A DNA stretch of 64,000 bases, from contig JAJZYB010000004.1 in NCBI GenBank assembly GCA_021806135.1, forward strand, positions 7,686-71,685. The letters run 5' to 3'. The first letter of the stretch is position 1. Every line of letters begins with the position of its first letter. Below are positions 29,590 to 38,679 of the stretch, piece by piece. The DNA comes from Thermoplasmata archaeon (GTDB lineage Archaea > Thermoplasmatota > Thermoplasmata > Lutacidiplasmatales > UBA184). The translations under genes and the position numbers were made by a program. The notes under the pieces are model-generated. The model worked only from the letters and a program-made list of their open reading frames with translations. It was not told the DNA's origin and made no database searches.

Positions 29590-29692
29590 GCAGGCGTAAT
29601 CTAGTGGTAGGATCTCAGCCCTCCAAGCTGATTACCCGGGTTCAAAGCGGCCCATGGTCTCCCCATGGGCCGGGAACCTCCCGGCGCCTGCA
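29590..29692 (+). tRNA. tRNA with anticodon UCC (Gly), carrying a 32-nt insertion in the T-loop (29647..29678), a putative non-canonical intron
   Basis: Acceptor stem GCAGGCG pairs with CGCCTGC and the discriminator is A. The D-arm is ATCT-AGTGGTA-GGAT. The anticodon arm is TCAGC-CCTCCAA-GCTGA. The T-stem CCGGG pairs with CCCGG. The T-loop reads TTCAAA[32 nt]T, and the insert folds as GGCCCATGG-tctcc-CCATGGGCC. Removing it restores the canonical TTCAAAT loop. Position 33 is C rather than U. Confidence 0.55.
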
Positions 29693-29754
29693 TGCCCCGC
29701 TCCCCCTCCCGTGGCCCGCCCCCGGCGGCGGGCCAGGGGCTCACGTCCCCGACG

Positions 29755-29767
29755 AGGCTTAATCGGG
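29755..29767 (+). promoter_or_regulatory. TATA-like gaggcttaatcgg about 25-35 nt upstream of tRNA-Ser
   Basis: The motif is shared with the other tRNA and many CDS promoters. Confidence 0.4.
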
Positions 29768-29788
29768 ACCGCCCCGGTGCCCCGGTGC

Positions 29789-29871
29789 GCTGAGGTAGCC
29801 TAGCCTGGTAGGGCGCCGGTCTTGAAAACCGGTGGCGTTCCGCCTCGGGAGTTCAAATCTCCCCCTCAGCG
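29789..29871 (+). tRNA. tRNA-Ser (anticodon UGA), 83 nt with a long variable arm
   Basis: Acceptor GCTGAGG pairs with CCTCAGC and the discriminator is G. The D-arm is GCCT-AGCCTGGTA-GGGC. The anticodon arm is CCGGT-CTTGAAA-ACCGG. The variable arm is GGCG-TTC-CGCC. The T-arm is GGGAG-TTCAAAT-CTCCC. Confidence 0.9.
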
Positions 29872-29981
29872 TTCCCTTCCCACCCCCATCGACCCGTACC
29901 CTCCCGTCCTTCACGTCCCTCTGGGGAGGATAGCCGGCGGTCGGCGAGCGCAGAGGGGCGCCCCCGTAGCGTTGGGGAGAG

Positions 29982-30506
29982 ATGCCCCATGCCTCCATGG
30001 GGGCCCGGAAAGGAGAGTCCCGCCGCCCCCGTCCCTCCCCAGTCCTTATCCTGACCGGGGCCTCCGTCCGGCCGGGCGCCCCCGTGCCTACCGTGCTGTT
30101 CCTCTGCCCGGACCACGCGTTCACCTCCCGGCTGGCCGAGGCCCTCTTCAACGCGGGCGCTCCCCCGGGATGGCGGGCGACATCGGCGGGGATCGGCCCG
30201 GCCCGGCCGGTGGACCGGAAGCTCGCATCAGTGCTCTCTGCCCTTGGGCTCCCCCTCCCGGCCATGGAGCCCCGGTCCTGGGATCCCACGCTCCTGGGCT
30301 TCATGCGCGTGGTCGTCTCCGTGGTCGAGCCGGAGGGTCCTGGGATGCCCCCGGCCCTGGTCTCCAAGCTCGAGTTCCGCTGGAGGAGGACGGATCCCAC
30401 GACCCTATCGGGAATGGCCCTGCTGGCCTGGGTGGAGGAGCTGAGAGCACCGGTCGCCTCGCTGGGCGACTACTGCCGCGAGAGGACGCCCCGTATCCTC
30501 GGTTGA
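29982..30506 (+). CDS. LMW phosphotyrosine phosphatase / ArsC-like fold protein with a degenerate P-loop
   Basis: VLFLCPDHAFTSRLAEALF resembles the V-L-F-V-C-x-G-N-x-x-R-S P-loop but lacks the Arg (CPDHAFTS). A DP motif occurs later. The frame has high GC3. The start is uncertain. Confidence 0.4.
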   Translation: MPHASMGARKGESRRPRPSPVLILTGASVRPGAPVPTVLFLCPDHAFTSRLAEALFNAGAPPGWRATSAGIGPARPVDRKLASVLSALGLPLPAMEPRSWDPTLLGFMRVVVSVVEPEGPGMPPALVSKLEFRWRRTDPTTLSGMALLAWVEELRAPVASLGDYCRERTPRILG

Positions 30507-31164
30507 CCCCCCCTCTTTCCGGGCCCTTCCGGGACCGGAGGAGCCAATCCTCCCGCCAGGCCATCTTCTTGGGGAGCCGGGAGAACCAACGGACGTCGGC
30601 GATCTCACGGAGGTCATGGGGCCGAAGGGGGCCTCCCCTCCACCGGGCCCGATACTGCAGGAAGATCCAGGTCAGGCGTCTCCCGTCGGGCGCCCGGAGC
30701 TCCTCGTCGTAGACCTTCCACAACCGGAGGTCGAGGACGGAACCTCCCGTCTCCTCCCGGACCTCCCGGCGGACCGATCGGCGGGGGGTCTCGCCTCGCC
30801 GGCCCCCGCCCCCGGGGGTGACCCACCACTGTCGGGGGTCACGGCCCACCGGAGGACGGACGAGGAGGACCCGTCCCCTCCGGTCCTCCACCCGGCAGGC
30901 CACTCCAAAGGCCGGTCCATTGAGGATCCGACGGGCGGCGCTGTCGAAGGCCACCTGCGGTACGTCACGTTGCCGGGCGATCCAGACGGCACGGTGCTCC
31001 CTGCCCCATTCCGCTCGGGCGAGTGCGCGGGCCCGCCGGAGAACCTCCTGCCCCACCCGACCCCTGTCCCGTCCCGGGGACGGTGGTGGGAAAGACGCAG
31101 GCTCGGTTAACCCCTTATCCGTCCCGGTCACTGGCGAGACGGACATGGCCGAACCGACCCCCAT
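30301..31164 (-). CDS. NUDIX hydrolase; the start is uncertain and the 3' end reads into the opposite-strand gene
   Basis: The Nudix box GGGGRRGETPRRSVRREVREETGG is perfect. Only the central roughly 150 aa look like a Nudix fold. The last roughly 70 codons are low complexity and antisense to the phosphatase-like gene. Confidence 0.55.
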   Translation of the reverse strand: MGVGSAMSVSPVTGTDKGLTEPASFPPPSPGRDRGRVGQEVLRRARALARAEWGREHRAVWIARQRDVPQVAFDSAARRILNGPAFGVACRVEDRRGRVLLVRPPVGRDPRQWWVTPGGGGRRGETPRRSVRREVREETGGSVLDLRLWKVYDEELRAPDGRRLTWIFLQYRARWRGGPLRPHDLREIADVRWFSRLPKKMAWREDWLLRSRKGPERGGVNRGYGASSRGSSRPARRPVLSAPPPRPAGPFPIGSWDPSSSSGTRAWRPGPGASQDPPARPRRRPRA

Positions 31165-33784
31165 GATGGCCCAGTATCAGGGCGTGCGGGCCCGGTACCC
31201 GGGACACCTGGTGCTCTTCCGGGTGGGGGACTTCTACGAGACCTTCTACGAGGATGCGGAAACGCTCTCCCGGGAACTGGAGGTGGTGCTCACCAGCCGG
31301 TCCTTCGAGGGCGAGGATCCCGTCCCGCTCGCCGGGGTGCCCCATCACGCCATCGAACCGTACCTGGCCCGCCTGGTCCGAAAGGGGTACCGAGTGGTGA
31401 TCTGCGACCAGGTGGAGGACCCGAAGAAGGCCCGGGGGCTGGTCCGGCGGGAGGTGACGCGCGTGCTCACCCCCGGGACGGTCCTGGAAGAGACCCTGCT
31501 CCCCGGAGGGCGAAGCAACTTCCTATTCGCTGTCCAAGGCTCGGTGGAGACGGAGTGGTGGGCCGCCCTGGTGGACGTCTCCACCGGAGAGACGGTGGTC
31601 CACTCCCGGGAGGGAACGGGCCTGGAGGTCCTCGTGTCCGAGCTTGCCGGCTTCGCCCCGGTGGAGGTGCTGGTGCCTTGGGCGACGGGCGGGCCGGTCC
31701 CTTCGGAAGGGTTCTGGGAGGAGCGACTCCCGGGGGTGCGCCGGAGCGTGCTCCCCCCTCCGGTGTCGGTGGCGGACCTCCCGTCGGCCTGGTCGCGTTT
31801 CGTCGTGACCCACCCGAGCGCGGCCGGCGTGCTGGGCTCGCTGGCGGCGTACGTCCGGACCTCCGAGCCCCGGGTGCTCGTCTTGGTGAACCCCCCGCGG
31901 ATGCACCAGAACGCGGGTCGGATGGGGCTCGACGCGAAGACCCTCCGTCACCTGGAGATCTCGGAGCCCATGTCCCCCGGGGCCGGCCGCGGGCGGACGC
32001 TCCTCGACGCGATGGACGAGACGGTGACCCCCCAGGGCAGGCGTCGGCTGACCTCCTGGATCACCGCTCCCCTCGCCGACCCGGTCGCCATCGAGGAGCG
32101 GCTCGACGTGGTCGGCTATTGTTTGGACGCCCCGGGCCTCCTCCCCAAGGTACGGGAGGCATTGAAGGGGGTGGGGGACCTCTCCCGGCTCGCCTCCCGG
32201 ATCCTGGCCCGTCGTGGGGGGCCCCGGGACCTGGGGGCGCTCGGTCGGTCCTTGGACGGGGTCTTACGCCTTCGCACCTTGCTCAGCGAACTCCCCCCGG
32301 GGGGCGTCCCGTCCCTGCTGGGCGACCTCCGGAACTCCCTGGACCCCCTGGACACGCTGAGGAGTCGCCTGGGCGAGACGCTCTCCGACGACCTCCCAGC
32401 CCTTCCGGGCCAGGGGGGGATGCTCCGTTCCGAGGCCTTTCCCCGGCTCCGGGAGCTCCGCGCCCTTCAGGATGGGGCGCTCGCCGCCCTCACCGCCCTC
32501 GAACGCCGGGAAGCCGAGGCGAGTGGCATCCGCTCCCTGAAGGTGGGGTACAACCAGGTCTTCGGGTACTATCTGGAGGTCAGCCGCTCCCAATTGGAGC
32601 GCGTCCCCGCCGACCGTTGGCACCGTAAGCAGACCTTGGCCCAGGGGGAGCGCTACACCACCGAGGAGCTCACTGCACTGGAGGCGACGATCCTCCAGGC
32701 CCGGGAGAGCCTGCGGGAGGCGGAGATGGATCTCTACGAAGGGCTCCTCAAGGAGGTGGATGCCCAGGCCCCTTCGGTGCAGGCCACCGGGGAGGCGGTG
32801 GCGAGCCTGGATGCGCTGGCCACCTTCGCCCAACTGGCCCGGCTCCGGCGGTGGGTGAGGCCGAAGGTCCTCGACCATGGCCGGATCCGGATCCTGGAGG
32901 GTCGGCACCCGGTCCTCGAGACCACCTTGGGACCGGCCTATGTCCCGAACGACCTGGAGCTCGACCGGGCCGGCGGCCGGCTCCTGCTCCTCACCGGACC
33001 TAACATGGCCGGCAAATCCACCTACATGAGGCAGGCGGGGCTCCTCGTCGTCCTCTCCCAGGCCGGAAGCTTCGTGCCGGCCCGGTATGCCGAGGTGGGC
33101 GTGGTCAGTTCGCTCTGCACCCGGATGGGGTTCACGGACGACCAGGGACGCGGGAAGAGCAGCTTCATGGTGGAGATGTCGGAGGTCTCCGAGATCCTCC
33201 AACGCTCCGACGAGAGGAGCCTGGTCCTTCTCGACGAGGTGGGACGCGGGACCGGGACGGCGGATGGCTTCGCCTTGGCGTGGGCGATCCTCCGGTACCT
33301 CCACGATGACGTGCGGTGCCGGACCATCGTGGCCACCCACTACTACGGGCTCGCCGCGAAGGTGGAAGGCCTCTCCGGAGGTCGGAACGCCCACCTGGCG
33401 GTGAAGGAGGAGCGGGGGGGGATCGTCTTCTTGAGGACCCTCCTCCCCGGGGCGACCGACAAGAGCTATGGTCTCCACGTGGCGGAGCTGGCCGGCCTGC
33501 CGCCCAGTGTCCTTCAGGAGGCGCGCAAGGAACTGCGCCACCGGGAGGTCGCCGGGGAGCGGGGGGGAGGAGCCTCCCCTGCCCGTCGCGCCATCCAAAG
33601 CGTCCTGTGGACGGCACCCGGACCAGAGCTCGGCCGGGAGATCATCGACGAACTGAGGGCGCTTTCCCCGGAGGGTCTCACCCCCCTGGAAGCCCTGACC
33701 TGGCTGACCCGGTGGCGGCACCGCCTCGACGGAACGCCTTCCGCCCCCGCAGGCCCATCGAACGGGAAGGCGGATACGGAGTGA
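31145..33784 (+). CDS. mutS: DNA mismatch repair protein MutS (MutS1 type)
   Basis: The N-terminus is MAEPTPMMAQYQGVRARYPGHLVLFRVGDFYETFYEDA. Walker A is LLLTGPNMAGKSTYMRQ, and STFMVEMSE follows. The ATG at 31145 is in frame with the over-long track ORF 30818..33784. Confidence 0.9.
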   Translation: MAEPTPMMAQYQGVRARYPGHLVLFRVGDFYETFYEDAETLSRELEVVLTSRSFEGEDPVPLAGVPHHAIEPYLARLVRKGYRVVICDQVEDPKKARGLVRREVTRVLTPGTVLEETLLPGGRSNFLFAVQGSVETEWWAALVDVSTGETVVHSREGTGLEVLVSELAGFAPVEVLVPWATGGPVPSEGFWEERLPGVRRSVLPPPVSVADLPSAWSRFVVTHPSAAGVLGSLAAYVRTSEPRVLVLVNPPRMHQNAGRMGLDAKTLRHLEISEPMSPGAGRGRTLLDAMDETVTPQGRRRLTSWITAPLADPVAIEERLDVVGYCLDAPGLLPKVREALKGVGDLSRLASRILARRGGPRDLGALGRSLDGVLRLRTLLSELPPGGVPSLLGDLRNSLDPLDTLRSRLGETLSDDLPALPGQGGMLRSEAFPRLRELRALQDGALAALTALERREAEASGIRSLKVGYNQVFGYYLEVSRSQLERVPADRWHRKQTLAQGERYTTEELTALEATILQARESLREAEMDLYEGLLKEVDAQAPSVQATGEAVASLDALATFAQLARLRRWVRPKVLDHGRIRILEGRHPVLETTLGPAYVPNDLELDRAGGRLLLLTGPNMAGKSTYMRQAGLLVVLSQAGSFVPARYAEVGVVSSLCTRMGFTDDQGRGKSSFMVEMSEVSEILQRSDERSLVLLDEVGRGTGTADGFALAWAILRYLHDDVRCRTIVATHYYGLAAKVEGLSGGRNAHLAVKEERGGIVFLRTLLPGATDKSYGLHVAELAGLPPSVLQEARKELRHREVAGERGGGASPARRAIQSVLWTAPGPELGREIIDELRALSPEGLTPLEALTWLTRWRHRLDGTPSAPAGPSNGKADTE

Positions 33785-34171
33785 GGAAGGGCGCCCCCCG
33801 GGGATCCGGCCGAGTCCATCCAAACGGTGTTCCCCCTCCGTTCGTCCCGCCGCGGCGGGGACCATGCTGGACCCGGGTCGCGGCGCCTTCGCGAGCGGAG
33901 ACCATCGACCGGGGGAGGGCGGCCGGCCCTGCTGTCCCGCCACCGAGGGCTTGATCGGACCCCTTCCCCGTCTTCTCTGCCGCCCTGACCCGGAGCGGGG
34001 GTACCGGGGCCGGCCGGGGTGCCCTGGACCGTGGGGCTCCTCGGGGCGGCACCGTACTCCTGGCCGGTCGGCTCGCGTTCGTCCTCCTGGCGTGGAGACG
34101 TTGATCCGGGGAGTCCCGGTCGCTCTCCGTGGGGAAAGGGTAAAGGTCCGTTCTCCGGTCCACCGGGACTC

Positions 34172-36001
34172 ATGACCGGCCTGGGCGGCCCCAGCGACTC
34201 CCCGGGGCTTGGCGGAGAGCCCCGGATCCAGCGCTTGGACGAGATCACCATCCGTCTCATCGCGGCGGGGGAGGTGGTGGAGCGACCGGCCTCGGTGGTC
34301 AAGGAACTGGTGGAGAACGCCCTGGACGCCCGGGCCCGGGTCCTCACCGTGGGGATCGAGGACGGGGGCCTCTCCCGGATCGAGGTCGCCGACGACGGGA
34401 CCGGGATCCCCCGGGACGACCTGCCTCTGCTCTTCCAACGGCACGCCACCAGCAAGCTCCGCTCAGGGGCTGGGCTCCCCGTGGTCACCACCCTGGGGTT
34501 CCGGGGGGAGGCGCTCGCCTCCATCGCTTCGGTCTCCCGGGTACGGTTGACCACGTGCACCCCGGGGGAAGCCCACGGCTACGCCGTCACGGTGGACGCC
34601 GGATCCCCGGCCGCGATCGGCTCCGCGGCCCGTGCCCCGGGAACCACGGTGGAGGTCCGGGACCTCTTCTACCGGACCCCGGCCCGGCGGAAGTTCCTCC
34701 GTACGCCGGCCTCCGAGGGCCTGCGGATCCTGCAGATGCTGCAACGGGTCTACCTCGCCCACCCGGGGATCGACCTCACCTTCGTCCAGGACGGGGAGGT
34801 CCGCTTCCGGCTCCCGCCCCTCCCCGACCTCCCCGCTGCGGCCCGGGAGGTCTTCCCGGACGCCCTGGGAGAGGGGGCATTCCCCTTCCAGGGCAGCGGG
34901 GGTCCCGGGCTCTGGATCGAGGGGGTGGCCTCCCCCCCGTCGTTCTCCCGGGGGAATGCCGACGGGATCGTGCTCCTGGTGAACGGCCGACCGTTCTCCT
35001 CCCGCTCCCTGCAGGAGGGGATCCGATACGCCTACCGGGAGCTCCTCCCCCGGGGACGGTATCCGGTGGTGGTGGCCCATCTGCGGGCAGACCCGTCCCG
35101 GGTGGACGTGAACGTGCACCCCACGAAACGCGAGGTGCGCTTCGAGGATGAAGCGGCGCTCCGGGACGCCCTCCAGCACCTTCTCCACGGAGCCCTCCGG
35201 GACCAGCCCCGGACGTCAGGCCTTTCCCAGGGAGCCTCCGGCCCGCTGCCGTTCGTCCTGCCAGAGCCTTCCGGGGACCTGTCCAGGGCCCGGGGCGCTC
35301 CCCTTCCTCTCCCGCTCTCGTTGGGGGGAACGGCCATCCCCCGGGACCTGGCCCACTATACCGGGGAAATCTCGCCAGGGCGGGATCCCTCCCGGGGAGC
35401 GACGCTGCCCGCCACCGGCGTCCATCCCGCGCTCCGGCTCCTGGGAGAGGTGGGAAGGCTCTACCTCGTGGCCGAGGCCCTGGAGCCCCCTGGATCCCTC
35501 GTCCTCGTCGATGCCCACGCCGCCAGCGAACGCATCGTGTATGAGCGGGTGAAGCAGGAGGACCCCCCCGCGCACCAGGAACTCCTGGTCCCCCGGGACC
35601 TCGCCCTCACCCCGGTCCAGGCGGCGGCCTGGGAGGTGCACGGGGAGGCCCTCTCCCGTCTCGGGTTCCGGGTGGAGCCGTTCGGGAAGGGGATCTGGCG
35701 GGTCCGTTCCTTGCCCAGCTTCCGGGGACGCGTGGCGCGTCCCGAGACGCTCGGTCCCCTGCTCGAGGAGCTCGCCGCCGGGAACCAAGGCGCTCCTCAG
35801 GAGGCGCTGACCGAACGGCTGGCGAAGAGCGTCGCCTGTCACCTCGCCATCCGGGGAGGGGACGTCCTATCGCTGGAGGAGATGGAACGGCTCCTCCGGG
35901 AGCTCTACGCGTGCGCAGAGAGCTTCACCTGCCCCCATGGACGCCCCATCATGGTGACCGTCCCGCGCTCGCGCCTGGACCGGTGGTTCCATCGGCCGTG
36001 A
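34172..36001 (+). CDS. mutL: DNA mismatch repair protein MutL (endonuclease-proficient type)
   Basis: The GHKL ATPase N-terminus is IRLIAAGEVVERPASVVKELVENALDA. The C-terminal region VDAHAASERIVYE matches the MutL DQHA(x)2E(x)4E nuclease motif. Confidence 0.9.
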   Translation: MTGLGGPSDSPGLGGEPRIQRLDEITIRLIAAGEVVERPASVVKELVENALDARARVLTVGIEDGGLSRIEVADDGTGIPRDDLPLLFQRHATSKLRSGAGLPVVTTLGFRGEALASIASVSRVRLTTCTPGEAHGYAVTVDAGSPAAIGSAARAPGTTVEVRDLFYRTPARRKFLRTPASEGLRILQMLQRVYLAHPGIDLTFVQDGEVRFRLPPLPDLPAAAREVFPDALGEGAFPFQGSGGPGLWIEGVASPPSFSRGNADGIVLLVNGRPFSSRSLQEGIRYAYRELLPRGRYPVVVAHLRADPSRVDVNVHPTKREVRFEDEAALRDALQHLLHGALRDQPRTSGLSQGASGPLPFVLPEPSGDLSRARGAPLPLPLSLGGTAIPRDLAHYTGEISPGRDPSRGATLPATGVHPALRLLGEVGRLYLVAEALEPPGSLVLVDAHAASERIVYERVKQEDPPAHQELLVPRDLALTPVQAAAWEVHGEALSRLGFRVEPFGKGIWRVRSLPSFRGRVARPETLGPLLEELAAGNQGAPQEALTERLAKSVACHLAIRGGDVLSLEEMERLLRELYACAESFTCPHGRPIMVTVPRSRLDRWFHRP

Positions 36002-36033
36002 CTCCCCGAGACGCGGGTACCTCCCCTCGCCCG

Positions 36034-36597
36034 GTGCGGGAGTCGGAGCTGCGGGCTCCCCTGGAGCGCTTCCTCTCCTCCCGGGGCTACCGGGTGGATT
36101 TCGATGTCGACGGGCAGGATTACTTCGATGCCGTCGCGCGCAGGGGGGACGAACTCGGCCTGGTGGAGCTCAAGCTCACCGATTGGAGGAAGGTGCATGC
36201 CCAGGCGCTGGTCCGACGGGCCTGGGCCGATTGGGTGGCGGTCCTTCTCTCCCGTCGGTCCTTGGCGGAACGTCTGCGGACCCGGGCGGGGCCGCCCGCC
36301 GTCGGTCGGGTGGGGCTCTGGTACCTGGAGCACGGGGAGGTCCAGGTCCTCAGGGAGGCTTCCCCGATCCCCGGGGCCCTCTCCTTCCCTCTCCGCGGAG
36401 AGCTTCAGTTCGCCCTCGGCGTCCGGGACCGGGGGGAACTGCCTCCGGGCGCGGTCTGGTCGGGTCTCGGCCCGGTTCGGAACCGGCGGGCCGGGAGACG
36501 CTGGGATGGCCGCTTCTGGCGGCTGGAGGAGTTCGCCGAGCCGCCGGAGACGGGGGGGCCCCCCGGAGAGCGCACCGGCCCGGACCCGGGTTCCTAG
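36034..36597 (+). CDS. small PD-(D/E)xK nuclease-fold protein (Hjc-like core) immediately downstream of mutL
   Basis: ERFLSSRGYRVDFDVDGQDYFDAVARRGDELGLVELKLTDWRKV matches the restriction-endonuclease-like D...(E/D)xK pattern and aligns with the Hjc core (VDLVA...IEVK). The GTG at 36034 starts about 30 nt after the mutL stop. Confidence 0.4.
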   Translation: MRESELRAPLERFLSSRGYRVDFDVDGQDYFDAVARRGDELGLVELKLTDWRKVHAQALVRRAWADWVAVLLSRRSLAERLRTRAGPPAVGRVGLWYLEHGEVQVLREASPIPGALSFPLRGELQFALGVRDRGELPPGAVWSGLGPVRNRRAGRRWDGRFWRLEEFAEPPETGGPPGERTGPDPGS

Positions 36598-38519
36598 CCG
36601 CCGGGACCAGGGGGTCGCCTCCGGAAGGAGGGCAAGCGCAACGTTGGCGGTTGGACCTCCTCCTCCTTCAAGGAGACCACGAACGAGTCGGCCACGTCCT
36701 CCCGGGTCAGCATTCCGACCACCCATGCCGGGTCCACCGGATCAGCGACATAGACCGCGGGGGTCCCCGAACGCAACAGCAGTTCCATCGCGGTGCGGGC
36801 GGATTCATCCTCGCGGATCACCGGCAGATCGCGCCGGGCCAGGAGTCCCACCGGGGAGTCCCTCGTCCCGGTCCGGCGGATCTGGAGACGGACTTCGGCG
36901 AAGGTCACGTACCCCATCCGGTGCCCATCCTCGTCCACCACGAGGAACGCGCCCTCGGATCCTTCCGCTTCCGGCAGGGCGTGCAGGGCCTCTTCCAGGG
37001 ACCAGTGCCAGGGGACCACTAGGATACGGCGGGCCATGAGCTTCCCCACGGTGAGGGTCTCCAATGGGTCGATCCGGTACTCCTGGGAAACGTGGGTCCC
37101 GCGTCGGGCCACCCTCTCGGTGAGGATGGACCGGGGAAGGAGGAGCACCGAGAGCCCGTAGGCGGCCAGGGAGGCGACCAGGAGGACCGGGAGCATCGAG
37201 AGGTCGTGGGTGAGCTCCACTCCGAAGACCAACGAGGTGAGGGGGGCCCGGAACGCTCCGGAGAGGGCGGCGACCATTCCAAGGAGGGCAGCCAGGGGTA
37301 ATCCAACCCCGGGGAGAAGGAGAGCCAGGACCCCCGTGGCGGAGCCGCCGATGATGAGCAGGGGGGCCAGGGTCCCGCCGGAGGTGCCGGAACTGAGCGC
37401 CAGGATCCAAATGGCCGCCTTCACCAGAGCGAGGGAGAGCAGGAACCCCAGTCCAGCGTCCCCGGCGAGCATCAGGGAGAGGTTCTCGTAGCCCACCCCA
37501 AGGGCATAGGGCTGGACCAATCCACCCACCCCGACCGCCAGCCCTCCGATCGCCGGCCACCAGACCCAGGAAATGGGCAAGCGCCGGTACAGGTCCTCCG
37601 TCCGATAGATCCCCACGGTGAGGCCAATGGCCACGGCAGCGCCGAAGAGCCCGAGGCCCAGGGCGTAGAGGAGGGTCCCCGGAAGCGGGGCAGCGGTGGG
37701 GAGGGCGTTCACCCCGAAGAGCGGCGCCGAACCGAAGAACGGGTTGATCCTGCCGAGCGGGCCCCGGATCGCGGTGGCCGTCGCCACCGCCGCCGCGACC
37801 GGGAGCAGGCTGCGGGGCCGCCACTCGAAGAGGAGCACCTCCACCGCGAGCAGGACCGCCGCGAGGGGCGTGTTGAAGGTCGCCGCCATTCCGGCCGCAG
37901 CACCGGCCGCGAGGAGCGTCTTGCGCTCCGCGGGAGAGATCGCGATGAGCTGCCCCCAGACCGATCCCACGGCACCGCCGGTCATGATGATGGGTCCCTC
38001 GGCCCCGAAGGGCCCCCCGGTCCCGATGGCGATGGCCGAGGCCAGCGGCTTCAACAGGGCGGTGCGGGGAGCCATACGGCTTCCCCGGGTCAGCGTGGAC
38101 TCCAACGCCTCCGGAATCCCGTGCCCTCGGATCGTGGGACTCCCGTAGCGGGCCAGGAGCCCCACTAGGAGCCCACCGATCACAGGCACCGCCACCGCCA
38201 ATGCCCCCAGGGGAGAACCCACCGGGGTGACGTTCGCCAGGCTCAGACGCAGGAAGTAGAACCCGTTGGTGAAGAACTGAATGAGCACGTAGAGGGCAAG
38301 GGCTACCAGGGCCGCCACCGCGCCCAGCAGCGCGGACAACGCCACGAGGGCGAGGGTCCGCCGGTTCACAGCGGCAAAGTCCCGGGATCCCCGTACCCCG
38401 GAAGGGGCTGAACCGGTCCCGGACGATAGGCCCCCCGCCCCCTCCGACGACCGGCAACGGGTGAACGATCTGGCCGGCCGCTCCTCGTCTCCCGGAAGAG
38501 ACGGAGCGGAACGGTCCAT
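36594..38519 (-). CDS. ClC-family chloride channel / H+-Cl- antiporter with a C-terminal CBS pair
   Basis: The selectivity-filter motifs GHGIPE and GPFGAEGP are present, with many TM helices and C-terminal CBS domains. The true start is probably downstream of the track start. Confidence 0.85.
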   Translation of the reverse strand: MDRSAPSLPGDEERPARSFTRCRSSEGAGGLSSGTGSAPSGVRGSRDFAAVNRRTLALVALSALLGAVAALVALALYVLIQFFTNGFYFLRLSLANVTPVGSPLGALAVAVPVIGGLLVGLLARYGSPTIRGHGIPEALESTLTRGSRMAPRTALLKPLASAIAIGTGGPFGAEGPIIMTGGAVGSVWGQLIAISPAERKTLLAAGAAAGMAATFNTPLAAVLLAVEVLLFEWRPRSLLPVAAAVATATAIRGPLGRINPFFGSAPLFGVNALPTAAPLPGTLLYALGLGLFGAAVAIGLTVGIYRTEDLYRRLPISWVWWPAIGGLAVGVGGLVQPYALGVGYENLSLMLAGDAGLGFLLSLALVKAAIWILALSSGTSGGTLAPLLIIGGSATGVLALLLPGVGLPLAALLGMVAALSGAFRAPLTSLVFGVELTHDLSMLPVLLVASLAAYGLSVLLLPRSILTERVARRGTHVSQEYRIDPLETLTVGKLMARRILVVPWHWSLEEALHALPEAEGSEGAFLVVDEDGHRMGYVTFAEVRLQIRRTGTRDSPVGLLARRDLPVIREDESARTAMELLLRSGTPAVYVADPVDPAWVVGMLTREDVADSFVVSLKEEEVQPPTLRLPSFRRRPPGPGG

Positions 38520-38679
38520 TCCTGGGAGAAGAGACTGCCTCCAGGGGTTTGAACTTTCCGTTCTCTCCCGGGCTCAGGGGTGGTCCCCCCGGGACGCAAG
38601 CCTTCATGCCCGATCCAGGATACCCGCGCCTCCGTGAGCCCGGTCGCCACGACCGCTTCAGAACCCAATCCCCGACGGC

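Noticed and set aside
30818-33784. The 988-aa track ORF for mutS
   Set aside because: The first 109 codons are Arg/Pro-rich read-through with no MutS similarity. The MutS N-terminus begins at ATG 31145.
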